From contig CM082584.2 of assembly GCA_040954595.2 (NCBI GenBank), positions 7,273,919-7,337,918 on the forward strand: a stretch of 64,000 bases of DNA. The letters run 5' to 3'. The notes under the pieces are model-generated. The model saw only the letters and a list, made by a program, of their open reading frames with translations. It did no database searches and was not told the origin of the DNA. Within the stretch, counting starts at the first letter, position 1. Every line of letters begins with the position of its first letter. Both the position numbers and the translations under genes were made by a program. Shown in pieces: positions 12,201 through 24,690 of this stretch. The DNA comes from Balanoglossus misakiensis (lineage: Eukaryota; Animalia; Hemichordata).

Positions 12201-15200
12201 CCTGGAGGGTCCAGTGGCGGCGAGGGCGCCCTACTGAAAAGCGACGGCTCACCTCTGGGTGTGGGTACGGACATCGCGGGCAGCGTGCGAATCCCAGCCA
12301 ACATGAGTGGTGTGTGCGCTCTGAGGCCCACCCAACAACGCATCAGGTATCTATCTATTTAAGCGATGCATTCCAAGAGCAGACATTCTTCAGCCAGGTG
12401 CAGAATTCTGTAATGTCAAAATCGAAAGAATAAAGTCATTTTTACCAATTCTTGCAAAAAAATAGCTGTCGTATCCCGTAACAATTCTTCAGTGTAACTA
12501 AAAAGTATGACTGACCAATCAGCAGTGGTCTTATATTTTTCATGAGAAAACTACACTGACCAATCACCATGGGCCATGCATATCATTACTCAAACTTGAA
12601 CATGATTTCATATGAAAGAAGGTGGATAGTCTGTGCATTTATTTCTGTCTAAACAAAGTACGTTTTCTCTCAACAGTAGTAGAGGTATCAGGGGATGTGC
12701 GCCTGGACAAAGTGGATGTAAGTATATCGTAAAACAAACAAAAATTTTGAATAAATATCATACTATGAAAATTGCCCTGCAAGTGCATTTAATATTTTCA
12801 TCAAATAAACAATTTTCTCCTGAATATATTCAGTGTCTGGTGGTATTGGTATGATGAGCAGAGATGTTGACGCCGTTACCCTGTCGATGAGGGCCCTATG
12901 GTCGCCGTTGATGTTTCAGTTGGACTGCAATATAGCTCCCATGGAGTTCAATGAAGAGGTATTGAAAGATTTTGATGATGAAGTCAGTGCCACAGCATCT
13001 CTATGGTACTTTGTCAAATAATTTTACAGAGCTGAGAAAGTTTGGTATGCTTTCTATAGGGTCCAGTCCGGCCCTCTGCGCATGTAAAGTGATATGATAA
13101 CCCACAAAAATGCAAGACTATACTTACTGATTGTGCTAAGATATCTTCTCCCTCGATAAAATCTTTGTGTGCTTTTTCTCCTACTAACAGATTTACAACA
13201 GCAAGAAACCACTGAGGGTGGGTTACTTTGATGACGATGGCTTCTTCACTCCCATCCCATCAATCAGGAGGGCTGTGAACCTGACAAAGAGCGCACTGGA
13301 GGCAGCGGGGCACACGGTAAGTTGCTGTCAACGAGAGCGGCCATCTTTTGTTAAGATTTTTCCAATCCAGGCTGAAGTGTCTTTATGAATAATATTTGAA
13401 TAAAAACAGTATAATCCCTTAATTATTTTTTCCCTTTCCTTCTTACAGCTAATACCATTCCAGCAACCACACTCTGACTATGCAATTCCAAATCTAAGTT
13501 GGAAACTTCTTCATGGGGACGAAAACAAAACATGGCTAAGTTTCTTGTGAGTTTGATCAATATATTGTGTTTCTCCTATTTTGGTGTGCACAGTGAACTC
13601 AACTTGGACATTCATACTGTAATACATAAGATTCAGGGAATCGTACTAAAATTGATTTAAAAATATCATCCCTCGATCGAACGACTCTCTGTCATTGCTC
13701 TCACACAGCAAAGGAGAACCAACGGATAAAGACATGGCCACTCAGATCAGAACTTGGGTCAAGCCTAAATGGATGCGAATGATGATGCGCCCATTTGTGG
13801 TAGGTTGAGAGCAGTAGTAGTGCAGTTTACAGCGTACATGTGTGCATGTCAATTTGTTTTGCAGTAAAATCTAATGTGGCCAACCATTTTGTTAGAATTT
13901 TGAGACGTGGAACGCCAATCAACACATACCTCTATGAAGCGATTCCTTTCAAACTTGATACAAGATTAGGACAATGCAACAGATGTATATATGTAGACCA
14001 TACCTGGTGGCCATTTTGTTTTCATACCTGTAACCACAAATGTGCAGACGCTCCTGAACTCATTTCTGTAAAAAGTCACGGTTTCTGCTTTTTTGTTTCA
14101 GTCTTCCAGAATATACAACACAGTAGAAGGACATGCTGGTGTCAGGTACGTAATGCATTGACACAAAATGTCTAAGCCCAAACTTCATGCACCTCATATT
14201 CAAATTTTGCTGTAATTAGCATATCAAGTGACCAATGGCAATGCAGGATTGGCCAAAAGTAGACATTGCTCTAAATCAGCGAATGCAAGTAGCATGTCAA
14301 TATTGTAGGGCGTTGTACATCAATTATGATGTGTACATGAAATTTTCTCTGATTTGTAGCTCTGTGTGCGAGTTATGGAAGACACAAGCTATGGCTGGGG
14401 TGAGTTCAAACTGTTATATACCGTATATTCTCACAAATAAGCGCCACTTTTTAACCATTTCAAATTTTGGTGGCGCCTAAACAAAGGCAAAAATGAGTCT
14501 TTTAAGAATCGGTGGCGCTTATTCATGGGTCGACCTGTATACTGTACTGTACCCTGTTGATTCATATGCAAATGATTTGGGACGTTCCAATCAGTGTTCT
14601 CGTAAGGGGGTGTCCGCAATGAATGAATGGCTGTTTCGAATTCATATGTAAAGTTTTAACATTTTCTATTCGAATACAGTCAGTTCAATGTATTGTCTAA
14701 TAAATATTCCAGAAATAAAAAGTTGTCAACGAAGTGAATACTACGAGCAGCATTACAGTATGCTGGCTGAACCATCAACAAAATCTACTGACGTATAGTG
14801 GTTTAGTCCAAGTGCGTCTTTGTCATGCTCTCACACATGTAAGGTCAGGCAAGGTTGCGTGAATACTCACGTTGCGTGAATACTCATGAGAAAATTAATA
14901 CCGCAAACATTCACAACTTGAAACTAGTCCTATTATTTCAAAGCCCTGGCCATATGGTAAGCGGCTGCCGATCGATCAACAGGAAAAAGACGAGTGTCTA
15001 GACGCCCGGCACCTGTGTCTTTTGCAGTGAATAATAATTTACATAAATTAGGAGGTTGACATGTGCCCGATGTCATCTTGTAAATAAATAGCACATCAGC
15101 CCAAAGCATGCATTGTCTGCTCAGGTCAATTATTATTCACGCAGCAAGCCCCCGTTGATTTTGACAAGACCTCTAAACAGGTGTTACCCCGGTAGTACTT

Positions 15201-16179
15201 GCCATGATTCACGTACGTCCACACCTCAAAAAAAAAAAAAAAATTCCTGGCGCTTAATTCTAAGTAAAAAGTAGCAAAGTCAGGTATCACTGGCGCCTAA
15301 TCAAGGGTGGCGCTTATTTGTGAGAATATACGGTAGTATTCAATTTTGACACAGGGAGTGGTCCATTGAAGAAAGTTTGAATGGCAAATCTAAAGACAAA
15401 TTCAGTGTTCTATTAAATGGAGTCTGTTTTCTCCATTTACAGGCATATAAATTTCAATACATGGAGGAATGGAGACGACTAAACCTAGATGTGTTGATCT
15501 GTCCATCGTTCTATGTCACTGCTGTGGACAATGAAAGCTGTGGCAAGATGCAGTGTAAGTACGCATACTGTGGGAGAAATTAGAGTTGGTGTAATACATG
15601 TACTTCAGATATGTATCTATGTACATATATTCAAATGTTTTTCTTTTAATTGTAGCACATATTTCCAATTTTTTGTGTTTCTTCTAGATGCTGCTAGTGC
15701 CACAGTGATTTTCAACTTGCTGAATTTCCCGTCCGGGGTTGTCCCGGTAACTAGTGTCACTGCTGAAGATGACCGACAACTTGCTGAGGAGTTTCCTATC
15801 AACGATTCCTGGGACCGATTAGCGAGAGATGTAAGTTTTCAGTCTTCATGTTATGCATATGCTAATTTTTTTAACATATGCAAATGAAATATTGATATTC
15901 GTAAATACCAATTAGCAGATACTAGTACACATTTTAAATTCATTTTATAAATGATATAGATGATAATAATTTTGTATGTTTGGTTATTCCTGACGATATT
16001 CCAGATAATCAAAACACACAAACCCTGAAAACTTTACATTCTTTCATATCCTTTTTTTCAAGGCTTGCAAGAACTCATCCGGTCTACCTGTGGGTGTGCA
16101 ATGCGTAGCCCTGCAATACCAAGACGAACTTTGCCTGCGTTTGATGAAGGAAGTTGAAACTGCTGTCAAAAATATGTGA
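9218..16179 (+). CDS. FAAH: Fatty-acid amide hydrolase 1-like amidase (amidase signature family), about 587 aa with an N-terminal hydrophobic anchor
   Basis: Exons 9218-9442, 10545-10658, 10961-11017, 11184-11273, 11758-11891, 12140-12346, 12677-12717, 12834-12958, 13191-13316, 13449-13546, 13709-13799, 14102-14145, 14360-14399, 15443-15554, 15688-15830, 16063-16179 (sum 1764 nt, in frame). Catalytic triad motifs: LYGIPVSVKE (Lys), GPGGSSGGEG (cis-Ser), GTDIAGSVRIP (nucleophile Ser). Also GAVPFVKTNIPQ, KPLRVGYF, GLPVGVQCVAL..QDELCLRLMKEVE. Confidence 0.93.
14421..15333. mobile_element. Non-autonomous Tc1/mariner-pogo-like element in FAAH intron 13
   Basis: Perfect 27-bp TIR CCGTATATTCTCACAAATAAGCGCCAC / GTGGCGCTTATTTGTGAGAATATACGG, flanked by TA on both sides; subterminal TGGCGC(C/T)TA repeats; no transposase ORF. 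Confidence 0.85.
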
Positions 16180-19003
16180 GAAGAATATCACAACGCTGAC
16201 TATAGCAATCAGATACTAGTTTATGGAAATTACTCCAACGTCACGCAGGAACATTGAGAAGACCTACAATTCAACCATTTGGTTTGTTCATTATGCAACA
16301 ATGATTGATCTGACCGTTCTATAGAATAAGGTTTCTCATATAAACCTAACAAATGCTTTAAAATTAATTTTAATATATTGAATCTGTATCTTCTATTAAA
16401 TCCAAGGTAAAGAATCAAGAATGTTGAATGGCTATGATCAGATCAGTCTTGCGATATTCATTCGATGTTGTGTGTGAAGGAAAATTTACTATTGTCCTGT
16501 AAATATTTCTTTTTATTTCGTTTATTTGTGCATTAGAGTGGAGAAACATTTTCGCGGTCACGGGCAGCTTTAACTACGTTTTAGTTTTATGGCAAGTTTC
16601 TGTGAAAATGCATTTAGTCAATTTGCTGATTGTAGTGGACGAAACAAGTGGTCAAAAGTTTGACAAAAATTATGCGCTATTGTAAAGTAGGATGTGGATT
16701 TCCACAAGGGAGACAATGTGAGGGTTTTTTTGTCTTGAAATCATTGTCTTTTTATCTGGTTGTCTCAGTTGTGAGATGTTAAATGACTCTCTTTTCAAGA
16801 AATTACAAAGATATGCCTTGTATCAATGAATGGCTAATTATTATGACTTTCATGTGTCTTAATACTCAGTTGTAAAATGGCTTGAACGGTAGAATTGAAA
16901 GTAAATTCTTTAAAATTGAAATTTTTTTAGTTGAAGCCAAGTATGCAAAATGTATGCATCTACCGTAATGGGAAGAAAAGCACAGAAACAAATGAACATT
17001 GTGACAATTTGTAGCATAATTTGTGAATCCATCCTTGTCCAGATCTCCTGGCAGTTATTTTGTGTTCTGACCTTAGATGGCGCTGTACACATGCAGCAAT
17101 GAATACATTCTCATTGAGCCAAAAAAATGAAGATGGTCAGATTAGGAGAAGCAAAAGATAAAAGTTTTACGTCGTAAAAGCAATTGAATCATGAAACAAA
17201 AATTGTAACCATCTAAGACTGATTGTTAATTTCATGGTCCTATGTGGTTTTTTTTTTCAATTTAAAGTGTTGATCACTCTAAAAATTTAATGAGCATATT
17301 GCGGATAAGTTTGAAGCAGTAAATTGTAATAGTGAATATGTGGCATCTGTGTCCTGAACTCATGATACAGGATTGCTAAAAAGTAATCAATAAAGTCTTC
17401 CCGATGCAAAAAATAGATCGTTTACTTGTCTTATTTATCACCCAAATCCCTGCCCAGGTTTGCATGTCTGTGATGGTATCGCAGATACAAAGAGTTTCCA
17501 GAATATGGACTGTGAGGGCGCGTCATCAAATCTCTGTTCAGTTTCACACACTGAAATGGAGTGAAGAAATTTCACCTGAATTCCACCTTGTACCTACGAA
17601 AGGACTGCTACAATCAGTCTGATACTACCATTTTCCCTTACTAAATCTTCTATAGTATGATGCGAAAACCTATAGATTTTCTAACTTCAGTTCCATTCCT
17701 TGGTGTTGACCAATTATGAACGACATCCACTTTCCAATCCTTGGAACATGGGTGTTGCAAGTTTGGATGTATTTTGCATATACATACAAACGATAGTCCT
17801 CTACATGTAAAATACAAGATGCCACACTTACCAGTATAGCCGCAAACATCCCCTACACTTCTACTGAGCTGCATTTCTCCAATCTTTGTAGGTAGAACAG
17901 ATCCACTGAAATGGTAGTAATTTGGAGGATTTATAAAACTGGTTACAGATACATAACTCCAAGAATTGTATTAATCTTGTGCACCAAAAAATAAACTCAG
18001 AACTCTGATATGAAAATACTTTATTGGGACATCAAAAAGTAACTTCAATTCAGCCAGAAACAGTACGTCTACTACTTTCACAACCAGAGTCATGTTAATA
18101 TCCAAAACTCGGTTACGATATAAATTGACACTGCAAAACTGTATATACACTTACATATCTCTGACTAAAAACTTTTCCATCTAATCATGATTTCTTCATG
18201 ATAAAGTTGTTTATTTAAAACCAATTCTTGTGAGTTACATGTAAAACAAAATAATCTAAAGTGCCTACGAAGACACTTTATATTTGAGAAATGCACCATC
18301 CTGCCCACTTCAAGATGTGCCATCTGACTCACCATCAAGTTAATATCGCTCAAAAGGATAAAGTATGCTTCAATAATGACCACAGGATGGCTGATAGCTT
18401 TGAAATAATCAACATCGTTCTTTCTACAGCTTTGGGACATGGGTGTTTCGACTTTCATGTAGGAAACAGTACCTCATGAAACATCATTGCTTTCTATCTA
18501 CACCTAAAAAAAATAGAGGCACATTTCTTTTTCGCACATATCCGAACAGTTTCTAAGGATAGATCTATAATGTTAAAAGGATTCACTACCTGGTATAGAA
18601 CTTGTGTGACGTCAATGGAGGGCTGGATACAGCTGTTAATTACTGGGACAGAAAAAGTACCACATGCATTCACATCGAACTTGCTGACGGCACCAACTGT
18701 CTTTCACCTACACCAATACATTCTGTCTATAATATACTGTACATCTTAAATACATATCCAGTTGGTAGAAAAAATGACTGGCAAACCAGTAAGCCTCTTC
18801 TGTAATGGTGAGATCAGAAAGAAGTTATAATCACACAACAAAATACTAACAATAGCACTTGTTTGAGGAAAAACTGCCACTCTCTCCTATTTGCAATTAA
18901 GCATAACTAGTTTCAACTGTAGGTTTCCATGATATCGGACATATTGTTATCGTACAATTGGTGGCTATAGACAAGGATACTTATATCTTTGAGATACACC
19001 CGG

Positions 19004-19061
19004 TTGATTACAATCATTTTACTATAGCCAGATTGATTACAATCATTTTACTATAGCCAGA
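19004..19061. repeat. 29-bp tandem duplication
   Basis: TTGATTACAATCATTTTACTATAGCCAGA x2. Confidence 0.85.
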
Positions 19062-20612
19062 GTTTATATCAAGCCATGCTAGAATTTTAATGTACACAGA
19101 CAAGTTTGCCTGTGTGAACCATGAACAGAAATTATTGCTTTACTTCACAGTATGGATACAGAACATTCAGGGTCTGCATTAGCAATAAATATATGTCTTT
19201 ATATACAAAAGATTTGTAATCTAAATGTACTACGTCATGAAACCAGAGCTAGCGCAGATTTGATTGCCACTGGCCACAGTACCATCATCGGTTACTCTAC
19301 TATCAGGAAATGAAATATTAAACATTCTTTTAGGATTTTCATAGGAATTGATGCATTATGTATCATCCATCAATCTCCATCACAAATTGAAACCTGGCTC
19401 TAACAGCTGGTTCTTGTAACGTGGTTTAAATATAATTTTGAACAATGTACATTTAAAACGAAATACTGATAATATTCCAACTCAGTAATACTGAAACACA
19501 ATGAACAGTTCCATTTAATTTTTGTTCCAATACTCAGCAGGATTTCATTTTTCTCGAACGTCGTTTTGATTCAGGTGGATACATAGAATTGTTTTTAAAA
19601 AAAATTAAGTGGCATATATCTTTGAGGATTTAAACACTGGGCTAAATTGGCTCAAAAGAGTGTTCCCTACAAAGACATTTAACAGATATGTTGTATATAG
19701 TATATAGTTTGACCAATTGGCAAAGTTTTAGATTGACCACACTACATTATTGCAGTACGGAAAATTTTGGGTTAAAACCTCCAAATGCGCACATTTAAAA
19801 TGTGGCCGGCTGGAATATCGTTTGTTGACTCTTCCAATCTGAACATGCAAATTTCAAACCTGCAGATTAATACCAAAACGGACATTGCCCTTACAGTTTT
19901 TCCTCGTACATAAAAGAAACAGAAAAATCAGTTATTTTAAGCCAATCAGTTCCTAATCAATATGGTCATCATGAGCCCAACAGTCAGCAATTGCTTTGAA
20001 AGTAATCAATTACTATTTCCTCAATGAAACCACAGAAGTGATAATGGATATATAACTACATTTTTCATCAAATTTTAATATATCTAAGCTAAACTGGCAA
20101 GAAAACACAAAACACAGCACTCCAAAAATACTTCAGGAAATGACAGCAATATGATCATAAGATATAGTCATACCTCTGTCAAGAAATCACATTATGAGGT
20201 ATTCCATACAGATTAGATTGCAGTCGTTCAAAGCAAATTCTACCCAATAATTATATACACAGAGCAGTATATGTATGTAATATACAATATATATCATATA
20301 GAGTATGCAATATATAGGTATACACTATATCAATATATAAGTATATATTTATGAGTATACAATATATTTATATAATACATATATACAACATATGCCACAT
20401 GCAAGGAAATCATGTAATGAAGAGATACCTCACTATAGCAATATTCATCGTTTTATATATTTTATCGCTCAAATTTTGCCCAGATATCCTGGACATCAGA
20501 AGTAAATAAAAACACACTCACAGGAATATTAATGTATTTGTGTACATACACAGTGTTTTGTGCTGGTGTCAGCCCTGCTAATTTTCAAAAGCAGAAAAGC
20601 ACAAGAATTTAA

Positions 20613-20697
20613 CCCTTCACCCCCTCCTTCCCCATATAGAGGTCCAATGTTACCATAGGAAACTATGGGTTTGGACCAAACCACGGCGGTGAAGGGG
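20613..20697. mobile_element. ~85-bp piggyBac-like MITE in the PHF24 3' UTR region
   Basis: TTAA-CCCTTCACC ... GGTGAAGGGG-TTAA; internal sequence is the reverse complement of the copy at 56064-56148. Confidence 0.7.
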
Positions 20698-20876
20698 TTA
20701 AACAAATTAAAATCCCCACAATAAGTTTAAAATAGGTATTCTGCCCTTCATATGATGATAAACAGTACACAAACAGCTACTGCCCTCTCAGTGAAACATA
20801 TTCGACTCCCAGTAAGTAGCAAATGCCAGTTTCACATTGTTTGGATCCCGCCCAGAGCAAGGATGTCTGACCAAAT

Positions 20877-23800
20877 TTATTTCTTGAAGTGGACTGGAGC
20901 AATATTTGGCCGAGCAGCGAGTATGTACAATGCCTGGTCCTCCAGATACTCCTTCCAGGACACAGCACTGCAAGCAATAAAGAAAATAAAGGATAAATTT
21001 ATCTTCTGTGAATTATCAATCTGAAGCAAATTCGCTGTGGTAACCCTTTGAACATGGTGGCTGTACAGTGTTAGAAAACCTCTGAATGATGTCATAGGGC
21101 ACAAGTAGGTACTTACCCACTTTGATCAGTATCTGCTATCATAAATATTTTTGCTTGTTGATTGACGTGTTTATTAAAATCCTCTGGATTGCCATCTCCC
21201 TTTCTAAAAACAAGTAAAGAAAAAAATACACGTCATAACACCTGATTGGTATATCCACGATGGATTGCAGAGCATGCAAAGAAAAGGATAGTTAATTGGT
21301 CGAAGCAATGCCCAAAGGCAACAAATTTTCAATGTTTCAATTACTTTTACAACCCTGATACAGATTTTTCACTCATATTGCAATGCGGCAGACAATGTAC
21401 CATCTGCAATGTTGGTCTCAGTTTGCAAAATCTGTGTCAGAACCGTAATGATACTTTTTAAACTGATAATGATACAAGCAAACCTTCACCATGATTGACA
21501 GGTGCCATATATTTCAGGCCATGTTTAATTAAATCCTGACAAACACCAAATACAAATACATAATTTCTTTGATTTGTATCTCCAGAATTTGAACTATGCA
21601 AAATATCTGTGACAAACTAACACAATATAAATGTTACACCTACTGGAAGTTCGATGGATGCTTGTCCGGGTCGACGAGAAACTTTCCAAACCATCTCCTG
21701 TAGGCATCTTTAGCTTCCACGATCGTTATGAAACCATCAGAGTCTTTATCGAAGAAACGGAAGGTCTCTCGAGCTGCGCTGATTTCTTTGGGAGACAACA
21801 ACTTTATCAAAGCTTTCTGAAATCATCATCAAAACACATAAGAGTATGAGTATAATCTAAAGTTGCCTTGAGCAAAATAGGAGAAAAAATGTATGACTGA
21901 CTTTTGAGGCACATTATAAAGCTATGTTAAAAAGTAAACTTTGCATTTCAGAAGAAGTAAATATTTTCAGTGGAGTCAATTTTCCTGGGGGATACTCCAG
22001 TGCTTTGAATGGATTCAATGTATCTGCAAGAATAGTCTCACTCTGAAATTTTGGACATCCACACAATGGAGTTCTCACTCCGTGCAAATCTTGCGCCGTG
22101 TTTTTCGGACCTCTGACAGGCAAGCCGACATGTTCTTTGTGAGTAGTGATTTAATGTCGGCAATCTGAACAATTCGTAGGCAAACATTCTTCAATTGACG
22201 CCATTCAATACGATGCAGTAATGTAGCCAGGGGGGAATGCACTCAATTCAAATTACTGAAGAACAGGGGTCGATGTCAGCGTACGTAACAAAATAGGAAC
22301 CTACAGGAATTCGCGGAGAAATTCACCATTGAAATCACATGTTAAGTGTGTCTTTCAGAGAAAGAAACAGTTCCACCATCAGTGAAGGAGGTGAACACTT
22401 GCATTAATTGAACAAAATGTGGAGTTGATTCTCAGGAGCACGAGTACACTCTCCCTATTGTGCTGAAACTGGTAAACAACCATTGAAAAATTTGAAGAAA
22501 AAAAATTCTGTTTCCCCATCGGAAATGTGTTTCCGCAAAACACCAATCCCCTTGGTGTTTATGTTAGCAGAGTAATTAATTGACCTCATACAAATGGCCA
22601 GCCCCTTGTGAGATACAAGGTGAAGGCTTTTTATACACACTTCGAGTTCTAAAAATTGCAGTTTATTTTTCTTCTCTTTGACGTTTACAGACACATCTCC
22701 ATCCACTAGAGCACACTGATGTGGGGCCAAGTGTCTATGCCTTTATACACACGTCGTGTTCTAAAATATGCAGTTTATTTTTCTTCTTTTTGTCATTTGC
22801 AGACACATCTCAATCCACTAGAGCACACTGATGTGGGGCCAAGTGTCTGGGTCTATGCTTAAACACTGCGTGTGTGGGCACAAGGCGACTCAAAGGACTA
22901 ATTCTCTGTGTTTATACAAAAGGCAAATAGTGTCTCTGAAACGTTTCTAATTTTACCCAGTGTGAACCCACTAGTAATAAACTCAATGAACACATGCGTA
23001 ATGACGAAACCTCACCTTTGACCTTGTTGCCAGGCGACGAGCCGATTCATGATTGAGAAATTCCCACCAAGTAAGATATCCCGTCTTATCCACGTCCATT
23101 AGCCGGAACAATTCATTTTCTCTGGCTTCCTGCTCCGGGCTCATTTCTTTGCCGTCCGCTTCCCGATACGATTGCTTCTTGTAACGGAGAAATTCGGTGG
23201 ATGTTATATTGGAGTCTGTTGGCGAAAAAGGGCACAAAATGATGCTATGATCAGTTCTACGTATTGTCATTTTATTCTTGTACGCAACAGGAAATATTGA
23301 ACAAAAATTTATCATTCAAAAATCAACAGGCCCTTAATCAACAATCAAATCTAGTCATGGTATCAGTCCAATATGTTTGAAACCATGAAGTCTATCTGTC
23401 ATACACACACTCACCTGAATCAACGTCACATTTTTCAAATGCATCCATCAATTCGAACATCTCATCGTCCCTCAAGAGAGAATTAAGATTTTCCTGAAGA
23501 AAAAAAATCATATTCACAAAAACATGATTTTATATACACTTACAAAGTGGAATTTTACATTTAGTCAGCCAAATGGTTTTGGCCATGTCTTATGTTAAAT
23601 AATCTCCTGGGAGCAAAACTTACATGTGTGTGTTCATGTAAAGTTGTTCAAAGCTCGTTGTTTCTTGAAATGTCATAATATGGCATGTTGAATTAACACA
23701 CACAACTGCAAACACACACCAGGATACTGAAATGCTAGCTGCATGGTAAGGAAAAAATACAACAACTTTAAACTTACACATTCATGACAGCTCCATCCAA

Positions 23801-24659
23801 CGGCTGTGTTGGCTTTCTCTATCATCTGAACCGATACATTGTCGTTCAGTTTCCCGATTTTACTAAGGCACACTTCGTGATAAACATTTTCACAGACTCT
23901 GCAAGGATACAGCTCTGTGCCGGTAAATACTCCACACACAACACAAAGTTCATCATCAGATATCTATAAAAAAAGTCAGAAAAATGACACAAAAGTTATC
24001 ACAGTTTGAAAAGAACTGGTATCTTATTAAATCATCAATGCATCAACCTCCAAATATTCTGTCTTCCATTATCAGTACAGAGCTTCACAATGACTTATGT
24101 CAGTTTGAAAGAGTTTATCTGATCTTTGTTTTTATACATTTTGTCATTTAATTAGTGTGATTAAATATCGTAAATGCCGATAAAAGTTTTGATAAAGGGA
24201 CATTACAAAATATTACAATGCTCTTAACAAGATAAGAGCATCGCATTGGTGCAGATTGGAAGTCTGTGATGACCGGTGGCCCATAAATCCCCATACTTAA
24301 GATTTTTATTGAAAATTTTACTGTTTGAGAAATGTTCATTTGTATCTTGCTCTGCAAACTTAACAATATATGACAGTTTTGTCAAAGTCTATTACCATAT
24401 TTACTACAAAGCATAAAATCACAAACACCAGCTGCTACTTCCAATCTTTCAATTACTCTCAGAACTTTAAAAGTTTGTGTCATAAATAATCCATGTTTGA
24501 AATTCACAGCCTTCCTTCAGGCACACAGTGTCCCCCTCGGGACAATCAATTACATTGTATCAATAACTTAATCAATGTTCTCGCTCATTCATTGGTCAAG
24601 TCATTGAAATCAAATCAGATTAACACTTAACACATTTATCAACAGAGTTGATCCATGCA

Positions 24660-24690
<31 letters not shown>

